Shown here piece after piece: positions 1 through 13,468 of a stretch of DNA of 32,000 bases (positions are counted from its first letter, which is position 1; every line of letters begins with the position of its first letter). The DNA is taken from assembly GCA_963843975.1 (NCBI GenBank), contig CAWJMG010000001.1:1-32000 (forward strand). The letters run 5' to 3'. A program made the position numbers and the translations under genes. The stretch comes from an uncultured Actinomycetes bacterium (GTDB lineage Bacteria > Actinomycetota > Actinomycetes > S36-B12 > CAIYMF01). The notes below the pieces were generated by a model. It had not been told where the DNA came from. It did no database searches and saw only the letters and a list, made by a program, of their open reading frames with translations.

Positions 1-818
1 GGGCTCGTGCGGGCCGGGTTGACGTTGCCGCTCGCGGCGAGGCCGATGCCGCCCGCGATAGCCGCACCGATGTCGGTGAGGATGTCGCCGAAGAGGTTGT
101 CGGTGACGACGACGTCGAAGCGCTCGGGCGAGGTCAGGAAGAACATGCTCGCGGCGTCGACGTGGCAGTAGTCGGTGGTGACGCCGGGGTAGTCGGCTGC
201 GACCTTGTCGAACGTGCGCTGCCACAGGCCGCCCGCGTGCACCAGCACGTTCGTCTTGTGCACGAGCGTCACCTTGTTGGCGCGCTTGGTGGCGCGCTCG
301 AAGGCGTCGCGCACGATGCGCTCGACGCCGAAGGCGGTGTTGACGCTCTCCTCGGTGGCGATCTCCTGCGGCGTGCCCTGGCGCAGCCAGCCGCCCGCAC
401 CGGCGTACGGGCCCTCGGTGCCCTCGCGGCAGACCACGAAGTCGATGTCCTCGGGGCCCTTGCCCGCGAGCGGGGTGGCCACGCCGGGGAACAGCTTCAC
501 CGGGCGGAGGTTGAGGTAGTGGTCGAGCTCGAAGCGGAGCTTCAGCAGCAGGCCGCGCTCGAGCACGCCGGGCGGGACGCTCGGGTCGCCGACGGCACCG
601 AGCAGGATGCCGTCGACGCCGCGGAGCTCGGCGAGGACGGTGTCGGGCAGGGTCTCGCCGGTGGCGTTGTAGCGGCGCGCGCCGAGGTCGTACTCGACGC
701 GGTCGAAGGTGAGGCCGTGCCGCGAGGCGACGACGTCGAGGACCTTGAGACCCTCGGCGACGACCTCGGTACCGATCCCGTCACCGGGGATGACTGCCAG
801 CTGCACGCTCGTGGACAT
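1..818 (-). CDS. leuB: 3-isopropylmalate dehydrogenase, N-terminal ~272 codons (3' end lies beyond the window start)
   Basis: Hand translation of the minus strand from ATG 818-816 gives [20 protein letters not shown]...[34 protein letters not shown]...[14 protein letters not shown]...[13 protein letters not shown]...[31 protein letters not shown] checked codon by codon over positions 3-602 and across the start region (781-818); the stretch between was read less closely, and I saw no stop. It is absent from the ORF track only because it runs off the window. Confidence 0.92.
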   Translation of the reverse strand, partial: MSTSVQLAVIPGDGIGTEVVAEGLKVLDVVASRHGLTFDRVEYDLGARRYNATGETLPDTVLAELRGVDGILLGAVGDPSVPPGVLERGLLLKLRFELDHYLNLRPVKLFPGVATPLAGKGPEDIDFVVCREGTEGPYAGAGGWLRQGTPQEIATEESVNTAFGVERIVRDAFERATKRANKVTLVHKTNVLVHAGGLWQRTFDKVAADYPGVTTDYCHVDAASMFFLTSPERFDVVVTDNLFGDILTDIGAAIAGGIGLAASGNVNPARTS

Positions 819-825
819 GGGGTCG

Positions 826-831
826 AGGGTA
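826..831 (-). promoter_or_regulatory. candidate -10 hexamer TACCCT, 7 nt upstream of the leuB ATG (leaderless start)
   Basis: Minus strand reads TACCCT-cgacccc-ATG. It fits TANNNT. No SD-like purine run lies before the ATG. Confidence 0.4.
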
Positions 832-916
832 GGGCGGCGTCCCAGCATCCGGTATCGCCGTCCCAGGGAGTGAGACGCCACGTGCCCCCCGACCGGGATT
901 CGGCTCAGGTCGCTGC

Positions 917-922
917 TACCCT
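917..922 (+). promoter_or_regulatory. candidate -10 hexamer TACCCT, 7 nt upstream of the leuA leader sORF ATG
   Basis: Plus strand reads TACCCT-ggccgag-ATG(930). Same hexamer and spacing as the divergent leuB. Confidence 0.4.
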
Positions 923-929
923 GGCCGAG

Positions 930-974
930 ATGTCATACGTGGCGCTTCTCCTTAGCGGCCGCAGCGAGGCCTAG
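930..974 (+). CDS. leuA leader peptide sORF, 14 codons: [14 protein letters not shown]
   Basis: ATG TCA TAC GTG GCG CTT CTC CTT AGC GGC CGC AGC GAG GCC TAG. It has three consecutive Leu codons, two of them CTT, which is rare in this GC3-biased genome. It sits 79 nt upstream of leuA. Its 3' end and stop codon lie inside a strong hairpin. Confidence 0.6.
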   Translation: MSYVALLLSGRSEA

Positions 975-1048
975 GACCGGCCTCCTCGCTGCGGGGTGCT
1001 GGTGTGCCGGTCGTACCTGACCCACCCCCACCCCACATCCAGCGAGGA
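959..1048 (+). promoter_or_regulatory. leuA attenuator/SD-sequestering switch (mutually exclusive helices A:B and B:C)
   Basis: A = ccgcagcgagg (959-969) pairs perfectly with B = cctcgctgcgg (984-994), 11 bp. B (tcctcgctg, 983-991) can instead pair with C = cagcgagga (1040-1048), 9 bp. C contains the leuA SD GAGGA (1044-1048). The sORF stop TAG (972-974) lies in the A:B loop. Confidence 0.55.
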
Positions 1049-1052
1049 CCCC

Positions 1053-2832
<1,780 letters not shown>

Positions 2833-2850
2833 TCCGCAGGCTCGACGTAC

Positions 2851-2884
2851 GAGGCCCGGCATCCCCGCGAGGGTGCCGGGCCTC
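2851..2884 (+). terminator. hairpin downstream of leuA (candidate terminator without a U-tract)
   Basis: Perfect 11-bp inverted repeat gaggcccggca (2851-2861) / tgccgggcctc (2874-2884) with a 12-nt loop. It starts 19 nt after the leuA stop. No T-run follows. Confidence 0.5.
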
Positions 2885-2913
2885 GTCGCGTGCCGGGTGT
2901 CGGAGGCGACCGC

Positions 2914-2919
2914 TAGCGT
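2914..2919 (+). promoter_or_regulatory. candidate -10 hexamer TAGCGT, 6 nt upstream of ATG 2926 (leaderless)
   Basis: TAGCGT-gcgggc-ATG. Confidence 0.35.
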
Positions 2920-2925
2920 GCGGGC

Positions 2926-3315
2926 ATGCCGAGCATCCGAGCGCCGTTCACGATCACCGCCCGCCCTGCCGAGGAGGCCGAGGCCTCGGGGCTCCCGATG
3001 GTCGGGCGCACGACCTTCGACAAGGTCTTCTCGGGCGGGGCGATCGAGGGCACGAGCGTCGTGCACTTCGTGTCGGCCGCCGCCGAGGCGGGGCCGCTCT
3101 CCTACGTCGCGCTCGAGCGCATCGAGGGCACCCTCGACGGCCGGGCCGGTGCCTTCGTGCTTCAGCACGTCGGCGCGATCGTCGACGGCGCACCATCCCT
3201 CGCCCTCACGGTCGTGCTCGGCTCCGGCACGGGCGACCTGGCCGGCCTGGCCGGCAGCGGCACGATCGAGCACACCGAGGCCGGGGCCCACCTCGACCTC
3301 GACTACGACCTCTGA
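2926..3315 (+). CDS. DUF3224 domain protein (129 aa)
   Basis: Intact ORF. The pattern ..FSGGAIEGTSVVHFV...YVALERIEGTLDGRAGAFVLQHVG...VVLGSGTGDLAGLAGSG.. matches my recollection of DUF3224 family proteins. Confidence 0.75.
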   Translation: MPSIRAPFTITARPAEEAEASGLPMVGRTTFDKVFSGGAIEGTSVVHFVSAAAEAGPLSYVALERIEGTLDGRAGAFVLQHVGAIVDGAPSLALTVVLGSGTGDLAGLAGSGTIEHTEAGAHLDLDYDL

Positions 3316-3321
3316 CCTGCC

Positions 3322-4332
3322 TCAGGGGCGGGAGTCCCAGGCGACCAGGACGGCGTCCTCGCGCTCTCGGTCCAGGCCCGCGCCGGCTCTCGGCGCGGGA
3401 GCCGGCGTCTCGAGACCGGCGTCCACCCGCTGCACCCAGGTCCAGGTGTCGGTGACGGTCTCGCGCAGCGGCCGCGTCCGAAGTCCCCACGAGACGGCGC
3501 GCGCGACCTCGCAGGTGTGCAGGGCGTAGGCCTCGTCGTCCTCGGGCAGCCAGATCGGCAGCTCGGTCCACGGGGCGACGTCGTGCTCGACGACGAACGC
3601 GCCGTCGACCCAGACCAGCTCGGCGTCCGAGCCCGTGACCTCGACGCAGAGGCGGAGGACGTCGCCCATCGTGGCGAGGCCGGTCGTGCACACGACGTCG
3701 ACGGGGCCGCTGCGGCCCTGCTGGCCGGCGTCGAGCGCGAGCGCCGCCAGATCGCGGGCGTCGACGTACTGGATGCCGAGACCCGGGCGGCCGGGAGCGA
3801 GCACGCGGCCACCGGCGGCTATGCGCCGCAGCCACCACGGGAGGCGGCCGACGTTCTCGCGCGGACCGAGGATGAGCCCGGCCCGGAGGTGCACGACACG
3901 GTCGGCGCCGAGCTCGCGCTCGAGGGCGAGCTCGCTGCCGCGCTTGTCGCGCGGGTACTCGGTCGCGTCGGCGTCGGGGTCGCCGTCACAGAGGGGTGCG
4001 CTCTCGTCGCCGTGCATCGGCGGGGGCCAGGCGTACACGGACCGGCTCGACACGTAGACCCAGCGTCCGACCTGGCCGCCGAGAGCCCGAGCGGCGTCGC
4101 GCACCACGGACGGCGCGCCCGACCAGGTGTCGGCCACGAGGTCGAACTCCTCGCCCGCGAGCACGTCGAACGCTCCCGGCTCGGTGCGGTCGAGCATCAC
4201 GGTGGTCACGCCCTCGTGCGGTGAGTCGGACAGGCCGCGGTTGGCGACCGTCACGTCCCACCCGCGCGCCACGGCGCCCGCCACGACCGCATGCCCCACG
4301 AACTGCGTCCCGCCCAGCACCAGCAGCCTCAT
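3322..4332 (-). CDS. NAD-dependent epimerase/dehydratase family (SDR) protein
   Basis: It has the N-terminal Rossmann motif MRLLVLGGTQFVGHAVV. Start set at ATG 4332, preceded by GGGGGAGGG (SD), rather than the track start 4359. The frame is intact. Confidence 0.8.
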   Translation of the reverse strand: MRLLVLGGTQFVGHAVVAGAVARGWDVTVANRGLSDSPHEGVTTVMLDRTEPGAFDVLAGEEFDLVADTWSGAPSVVRDAARALGGQVGRWVYVSSRSVYAWPPPMHGDESAPLCDGDPDADATEYPRDKRGSELALERELGADRVVHLRAGLILGPRENVGRLPWWLRRIAAGGRVLAPGRPGLGIQYVDARDLAALALDAGQQGRSGPVDVVCTTGLATMGDVLRLCVEVTGSDAELVWVDGAFVVEHDVAPWTELPIWLPEDDEAYALHTCEVARAVSWGLRTRPLRETVTDTWTWVQRVDAGLETPAPAPRAGAGLDREREDAVLVAWDSRP

Positions 4333-4394
4333 GCCTGCACCCTCCCCCGAGGACGCCACGGGCGGAAGCCGGGTTCGCCCTCAGCGCAGTGACG

Positions 4395-4400
4395 TACCGT
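4395..4400 (+). promoter_or_regulatory. candidate -10 hexamer TACCGT, 7 nt upstream of ATG 4408 (leaderless)
   Basis: TACCGT-cagcgcc-ATG. Confidence 0.35.
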
Positions 4401-4407
4401 CAGCGCC

Positions 4408-4881
4408 ATGGCTGCGTACGACGACGAGCTCATGACCCGCGTGATCGCTCTCGCGGCCGACGCGCGCGCGAACGGCGACCACCCGTTCGGTGCGCTGCTG
4501 GCGGTGGACGGCGTGGTCGTGGCCGAGGCGCTCAACCGCGTGACCACCACGCGCGACCTGACCGCGCACGCCGAGACCGAGCTCGTGCGGCTGCTCGAGC
4601 GCGAGGGTCGTCTCGACGAGCTCTCGCGCGGCGTCGTGTACGCCTCCTGCGAGCCCTGCCCCCTGTGCGTCGGTGCGATGTTCTGGGCCGGTGCCCGGCA
4701 CATCGTGTTCGGGCTCGCCGCGTCGACGTTGAACAGCCTCTCGACCGCTCCCGGCGAGGCGGCGTACGGCTTCACGATCACCGCCGCCGAGCTCGCCGCC
4801 GCGACCACGAGCCCGATGGTGGTCGACGGCCCGCACCGCGAGGGCGACGCCGCGGTCGTGCACGCCGGCTTCTGGCACTGA
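4408..4881 (+). CDS. nucleoside/nucleotide (CDA-fold) deaminase, TadA/guanine-deaminase-like
   Basis: Zinc-binding deaminase motifs H-A-E (LTAHAETELV) and P-C-x2-C (CEPCPLCVGA). Intact 157 aa. Confidence 0.85.
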   Translation: MAAYDDELMTRVIALAADARANGDHPFGALLAVDGVVVAEALNRVTTTRDLTAHAETELVRLLEREGRLDELSRGVVYASCEPCPLCVGAMFWAGARHIVFGLAASTLNSLSTAPGEAAYGFTITAAELAAATTSPMVVDGPHREGDAAVVHAGFWH

Positions 4882-4884
4882 CCC

Positions 4885-6125
4885 TCAGTCGATGAGCTCC
4901 TCGTCGACGACGGTCTCGCCGGTCGCGCGCAGTGCGGAGCGCAGGAAGAACGGCCCGGTGGCCTCGTTGAGCACGACCGTGGCGATGATGATCGTCGAGA
5001 GCTCCTCGCCGCCCGCACCGAAGTCCGAGGCGATGGTCGCCGCGAGGGCCAGCGCGATCCCGGCCTGCGGCATGTAGGCGCGCCAGGCGACGCGGCGCAC
5101 GACGGCCGGCTCCTCGACCAGGTGCATCGCCGTGGTGCTGCCGGCGAAGATGCCCGCGAGCCGCGTGACCCACAGCAGCAGCGCTGCGCCGGCAGCGGCG
5201 ACCAGTGCGTCGAGGTGCAGCCCCAGGCCGGTGAGGGTGAAGAACACGACGTAGACGTACGGCACCATCCGCTCGAGCAGGGACGCGAACCGCTCGGGCT
5301 TCACGGTCCAGTTCGCGACGATCACCCCGGCGATCATCGCGATGAGCAGCGAGTCGATCTCGATGTGCAGCCCGAGCGCTCGGTCTCGGCCCACCCGGTC
5401 ATGAGCGGCGCGAGCACCGCAGCGACGGCAGCGACCCCCAGGACGAAGGCGCCCACCCAGACGTCGGACGCCGAACGCTCGATGACCGCGCGCAGCAGCA
5501 GGCCGACGAGCGCGCCCCCGACCAGCGCGAGCACCAGCACCGCAGCAACGCTCGCGACGATCTCCCCGGCGCTCGTCCCCTCGGCGACGAGCCCCTTCGC
5601 GACCAGCAGCGTCACCGAGAACGCGGAGACCACCACGACATCCATCACCACCGTCGCGCCGAGCACCAGCTTGGTGAAGGGCCCGGCCGAGCGGTTCTCG
5701 GAGATGACGGCGATGGCCTCCGGCGGCGACAGGGCCAGCATCACGGTGCCGGCGAGGATCGCGCCGGCCAGCCGCACCGGCGTCTGCAGCCCCGACGTGA
5801 CGACGTAGACCGTGATCCCCACGATGAACGGGACCGCGATCGAGAGCCCGAGCACCTGCGCCACGATGGGGCGCAGCCGCGGCTTGATCACCTTCCACAC
5901 CAGGTGGCTGCCCGCGACGAAGCCGATGAAGGCCAGCGCCACCGTCGAAACCTTGGGGAACGCGAGCGCGGCTCCCTCGCCCGCGCGGTCGACGAACGCC
6001 CCCACCACGGCACCGACGGCGAGGTAGACCGGCAACCGCGGGACGTGCACGCGTGCGGCAGCCTCGCCCACGACGTACGCCGCGGCGCACGTGCCGAGCA
6101 GGAGCGCGTAGTGGATCAGCTCCAC
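4885..6125 (-). pseudogene. cation:proton antiporter (Na+/H+ exchanger family), frame broken by a 1-nt deletion as given
   Basis: Two minus-strand fragments make one protein. The first is 5385-6125 (VELIHYALLLGTCAAAYVVGE.. multi-TM ..APLMTGWAE). The second is 4885-5379 (ALGLHIEIDSLLIAMIAGVIVANW..NEATGPFFLRS..). The junction 5380-5384 has 5 nt where 6 are needed. 1241+1 nt = 414 codons. Confidence 0.75.
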
Positions 6126-6245
6126 GGGCGTGCCTCGGTCACGACGCGGAGCCTAGGCCCGACGGCACGGCACGCGGGTTCTGTGACCGATAGACGCGTC
6201 GTTTGCCCTGCCGTGAGGACAGACGGTCAGCGCGAGCGACAGGTG

Positions 6246-7836
6246 CTAGAGCTCGATGTCGACGGCGCGGACGCTCGTGGCGCCGACGGCCTCGCCGATC
6301 TCGGCGAGGACACCGGCCGGGATCGCGGAGTCGACGGTGAGCGCGATGAGCGCCTGGCCCCCGGCCTCGTCGCGCGAGACCTGCATGCCGCCGATGTTGA
6401 CGCCGGCGTCGCCGAGCACCCTGCCGGCGATGCCGACGACGCCCGGGCGGTCTGCGTAGCGCAGGAACGCGAGGTGCGCGCTGAACGGGACGTCGACGTC
6501 GAAGCCGTCGACCTCGGTGATCTTCTGCAGGCTGCGCGGCCCGGTGACGGTGCCCGCGACCGCGACGGTCTCGCCGTCGGTGAGCGTGAGCTTCACGCGC
6601 ACCAGATTGCGCCAGTTCGGCGACTCGGCCGACGTCGTGAGCGACACGGCGACGCCGCGCTCGCCCGCGATCACCGGCGCGTTGACGTACGAGACCGGGG
6701 CGTCGTTGAGCACCGAGAAGACACCCTTGAGCGCCGACAGCTCGAGGATCTTGACGTCGAGCTCCGCGATCTCGCCGAGCACCTCGACCTCGATCGCCTC
6801 GACGGCGGCCTGCGCGAGCGAGCCCGCGACACGGCCGATGTTCTCGGCGAGGCCGATGCCGGGTCGCACGGCCTCGGCGATCGAGCCGCCCTTGACGTTG
6901 ACGGCGTCTGGCACGAGCTCGCCGGCGAGGGCGAGGCGCACCGAGCGGGCGACGGCGATGCCGGCCTTCTCCTGCGCCTCGTCGGTGGAGGCGCCCAGGT
7001 GCGGTGTCGCGACGACCTGCTCGAAGCTCGAAGAGCGGCGAGTCGGTGCAGGGCTCGGTGGCGAAGACGTCGAGGCCCGCACCCGCGACGCGACCGTCCT
7101 TGAGGGCGACGTACAGCGCGTGCTCGTCGACGATGCCGCCGCGGGCGGCGTTGATGATGCGCACGCTCGGCTTCACCTTGCGCAGCGCCTCCTCGCCGAT
7201 GAGGCCGACGGTCTCCGGCGTCTTGGGCAGGTGCACGGTGATGAAGTCGGCCTCGGCGAGCAGCTCGTCGAGCGTGAGCATGCGGATGCCGAGCTGCGCG
7301 GCGCGCGCCGGCTGCACGTAGGGGTCGTACGCGACGAGCTTCACGCCGAACGCCGAGAGGCGCTGGGCGACGAGCAGGCCGATGCGGCCGAGGCCGACGA
7401 CGCCCACGGTCTTGTCGGTGAGCTCGACGCCGGTGTACTTCGAGCGCTTCCACTGGCCGGCCTTCAGCGCCGCGTTGGCGGGTGCGATGTTGCGGGCGCT
7501 CGCGAGCAGCAGGGCGACGGCGAGCTCGGCGGCGCTCACGATGTTGGAGGTCGGGGCGTTCACGACCATGACGCCGGCCTGCGTGGCGGCCTTCACGTCG
7601 ACGTTGTCGAGGCCGACGCCCGCGCGCGCGACGACCTTCAGCTTCGGTGCGGCGGCGATCGCCTCGGCGTCGACCTTGGTGGCCGAGCGGACGAGGATCG
7701 CGTCGACGTCCGCGATCGCGGGCAGCAGGGCCGCGCGGTCCGCGCCGTCCACGTGGCGGATCTCGAAGTCGGGGCCGAGCGCCTCGACCGTGGCGGGGGA
7801 CAGCTCTTCGGCGATGAGGACGACGGGCTTGCTCAC
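6246..7836 (-). pseudogene. serA: D-3-phosphoglycerate dehydrogenase with C-terminal ASB/ACT domains; frame broken by one extra base as given
   Basis: The N-terminal part is in the frame of ORF 6139-7845 (VSKPVVLIAEELSP..GVVGLGRIGLLVAQR..ARGGIVDE..LDVFATEPCTDSPLFEL). The C-terminal part is in the frame of ORF 6246-7082 (EQVVATPHLGASTDEAQEKAG..ACT-like end). An extra base at 7023 joins them. 1591-1 nt = 530 codons. Start set at GTG 7836, preceded by GAAGG; GTG 7845 is the alternative. Confidence 0.9.
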
Positions 7837-7971
7837 TGGGGGCACCTTCGAGGACGACGTCAGGAGATGCCACGAAGTCTATCGGCGGCCTTGTGAACGC
7901 CTTCACGAGGTCCGGATCCTGAGATCCCTGTCCCACGCGTCAGGATCGGCCCCCGCGGGCCTTCGCGGCCC

Positions 7972-7977
7972 TAGGGT
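7972..7977 (+). promoter_or_regulatory. candidate -10 hexamer TAGGGT, 7 nt upstream of GTG 7985 (leaderless)
   Basis: TAGGGT-cgggcgc-GTG. Confidence 0.35.
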
Positions 7978-7984
7978 CGGGCGC

Positions 7985-8332
7985 GTGCAGATCCTCCACA
8001 TCGCGCTCCTCCCCGACTGGGAGAACGCCGTCGCCGCAGGCGCCTACCGGGTGTCGACCATCGGCCGCACCATCGACGACGAGGGCTTCATCCACGCCTC
8101 GACGCCGGAGCAGGTGCAGGGCACGGCGTCGCGCTACTACGCCGGCCGCACCGAGCCGCTCGTGGTGCTGGTGATGGACACCGAGCGGCTCGAGGCCGCG
8201 GGCGTGCCCGTCCGCTTCGACGAGATCGCGCCGGGCGTGACGTTCCCCCACCTGTACGCCGAGGTGCCGGTCGACCTGGTCGACGACGTACGCCCCGCAG
8301 GGTTCGACGCCGACGGACCGCTGCGCTTCTGA
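7985..8332 (+). CDS. DUF952 domain protein (115 aa)
   Basis: VQILHIALLPDWENAVAAGAYRVSTIGRTIDDEGFIHASTPEQV...FPHLYAEVPVDLV matches the DUF952 pattern as I recall it. It is the in-frame tail of track ORF 7382-8332. The upstream part of that ORF is antisense to serA. Confidence 0.75.
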   Translation: MQILHIALLPDWENAVAAGAYRVSTIGRTIDDEGFIHASTPEQVQGTASRYYAGRTEPLVVLVMDTERLEAAGVPVRFDEIAPGVTFPHLYAEVPVDLVDDVRPAGFDADGPLRF

Positions 8333-8338
8333 CCCCGC

Positions 8339-9559
8339 TCAGACGCGGGCTGCCCGCCGCCAGGCGCTGAACGATCCCGCAGGCCCGGAGTGCGGCTGCA
8401 CGAGCCACGGCCAGGGGTGCACCTCCGCGGGGCGGATGAGTGCGCTGCGGCGGCGCCACCCGGGCACGGGAGCGAACGTCGAGGCCGCTCCCCCGCCTCC
8501 GACCACATCGACGGGGTCGCCCCGGTGGACCTCCACCTCGCGCCGTCCGCCGAGGTCTGCGAGGCATTCGGCGAGGAACACCAGGCGCTTGCCCGACAGG
8601 CGCAACCGCCCGAGCAGCACCTCGTCGAAGACGAAGACGGCCGGGAGGTCGGGGTGCGCACGCAGCGCGGGGTCGTCGTCTCCGAGCGACTCGGCCGTGA
8701 GCCAGACCCGGTCGACCGGTCCGGCGCGCAGCGGCTCGCGCGGCCCGGCCGTGGCCTGCGGGTCGATGTCACCCCGGACGCCGGTCCGCTCGGGTGCGGC
8801 GACCGGCGCGGGCTCGTCCGGCCAGCCCTCGACCGGGCAGGCGCTGCGCAGCGCGCACCCCGCGCAGACGCCGGGCGCCCGCTTCTCCACCTGCCAGCGG
8901 CTGAAGCCGTAGGGCTTGCCCGTGCCGGCGCCCACGGTCCACTGCCAGCCGAGCCGGTTCGCCGCGCGGGAGCCGTCGAGCAGGTGGGTGAACAGGAGGT
9001 CCTCGCCGTCGCGCCAGCCGAGCCCCCGCCGCACAGTCCAGTGCGACGCGGTCCACATGCGCGTCTGGTTCACCAGCCACCCGTCGCGCTCCAGCTCACC
9101 GAGGACGAGCCCGAGGCACGCCATCCGAGCGACGTCGTGGTCCCAGCCGCTCGGGTCTCCGCCGCGCTCGCGGACGGAGTACCGCAGCGACGCCCGGAGG
9201 CCGCCGGTGCGCGCGTAGAGGTGTCGCGCGTACTCCTGCCACAGCAGCTCGTCGCGGTACTTCTCGACGTCCCGGGAGGGTCCGCCACCGACGTGGTCCC
9301 ACACCGTCTGCAGCGGCAGGAGCCCGTGCCGGATGTACGGCGAGAGCCGGGACGCACCGCGCCGTCGCTGCGGGTGGACCTCGTTGCGACGCGCTGCGTA
9401 CCCCGCGACGTCGAACGCGGCCAGCGCGGCGTCGGCGGCCGCCTGGCCTCCGCGGAAGGACGGGCTCGGCACCACCTCGTCGCCGGCGAGGTCGCCGAGG
9501 TGCGTGCGGACCCAGGCCGCGGCGTCGCCGTACGACGGCGTCGGCAGCCGCTCGCTCAT
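8339..9559 (-). CDS. cryptochrome/photolyase-family flavoprotein (FeS-BCP-like), apparently domain-permuted, 406 aa
   Basis: Residues 1-250 carry FAD-binding-domain motifs: RGGQAAADAALAAF..YAARRNEV..SRLSPYIRHGLL, YRDELLWQEYARHLY, NQTRMWTASHW, LLDGSRAANRLGWQWTVGAGTGKPYGF. They also carry Cys148/232/235/241 (..VCAGCALRSACP). Residues ~285-400 (RVWLTAESLGDDDPAL..PAVFVFDEVLL..KRLVFLAECLADL..VEVHRGDPVDVV..FSAWRRAA) resemble the N-terminal alpha/beta domain of photolyases. Confidence 0.75.
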   Translation of the reverse strand: MSERLPTPSYGDAAAWVRTHLGDLAGDEVVPSPSFRGGQAAADAALAAFDVAGYAARRNEVHPQRRRGASRLSPYIRHGLLPLQTVWDHVGGGPSRDVEKYRDELLWQEYARHLYARTGGLRASLRYSVRERGGDPSGWDHDVARMACLGLVLGELERDGWLVNQTRMWTASHWTVRRGLGWRDGEDLLFTHLLDGSRAANRLGWQWTVGAGTGKPYGFSRWQVEKRAPGVCAGCALRSACPVEGWPDEPAPVAAPERTGVRGDIDPQATAGPREPLRAGPVDRVWLTAESLGDDDPALRAHPDLPAVFVFDEVLLGRLRLSGKRLVFLAECLADLGGRREVEVHRGDPVDVVGGGGAASTFAPVPGWRRRSALIRPAEVHPWPWLVQPHSGPAGSFSAWRRAARV

Positions 9560-9906
9560 GTGGCGAGCCGAACGAGGAGGGGGCCGGATGCCCGCGACGG
9601 GTCGACGACGCGCCCGCCCTGCACGACCTCCACCGAGCCGTCGGCAGCGAGGCGCCGGGCGGCCGAGCGGATGCGTTCACGATCGACTGCCAGCACCTCC
9701 TCGGGGTCGAGCAGCGCCCCGCGGCGCGCCGCGCGCAGTGCGTCGAGCAGCGCTGCCTCGAGAGAGTCGTCCGCGGTGCTGCGCCCGCGGGCGCGGCACG
9801 CGTCCGAGCACCAGCGCACGTCGTCCCAGCTGCGCGCCCAGGCCTTGCGCCAGGTCATCGTGCGGCCGCAGGACCCGCAGGTCTTGGTGGGCAGGTCGCG
9901 GGGCAC
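9556..9906 (-). CDS. DUF2256 zinc-ribbon plus DUF3253-like domain protein (116 aa)
   Basis: KTCGSCGRTMTWRKAWARSWDDVRWCSDACR fits the DUF2256 pattern C-x2-C..WRKKW..YCS..CR. A C-terminal ~70 aa domain follows. Its stop overlaps the start of the photolyase-like gene (ATGA at 9556-9559). Confidence 0.7.
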   Translation of the reverse strand: MPRDLPTKTCGSCGRTMTWRKAWARSWDDVRWCSDACRARGRSTADDSLEAALLDALRAARRGALLDPEEVLAVDRERIRSAARRLAADGSVEVVQGGRVVDPSRASGPLLVRLAT

Positions 9907-10030
9907 CTGCCCAGCATGGGAGCCGTGCCGAGGTCGCGCATCCTGGGGCTTCGCCGCAGACCAAGATCACGGTTCTGGGCGGGATCCGTGCAGTTCACCT
10001 GCACAAAGACGCCCCTCAGGGCAGACATGC

Positions 10031-10065
10031 GAACAGGTCGCACCCTCGTGGGGCGCGACCTGTTC
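10031..10065 (-). terminator. hairpin downstream of ilvC (candidate ilvBNC operon terminator, no U-tract)
   Basis: Perfect 11-bp inverted repeat gaacaggtcgc (10031-10041) / gcgacctgttc (10055-10065) with an inner ccc/ggg extension. It lies 21 nt past the ilvC stop. Confidence 0.55.
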
Positions 10066-10086
10066 GGTGCTCGGTGCGGTGCGGTG

Positions 10087-13468
<3,382 letters not shown>

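Noticed and set aside
1013-1040. The C-rich, G-poor tract (tacctgacccacccccaccccacatcc) between the leuA leader hairpin and the SD as a Rho-utilisation (rut) site.
   Set aside because: The composition is suggestive, but the tract is short and nothing in the sequence alone distinguishes it from a simple unstructured spacer. It is mentioned only as a possibility.
7901-7935. Small inverted repeats in the serA/DUF952 divergent region (gtgaa-cgcc-ttcac; ggatc-ctga-gatcc).
   Set aside because: The arms are only 5 bp, which is expected by chance in about 140 bp. There is no positional relationship to the predicted -10 or start sites.
10066-10085. Micro-repeat (cggtg)x3 just downstream of the ilvC stop.
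   Set aside because: It is too short (15 nt) and GC-typical to be meaningful. It is probably chance or part of the terminator flank.
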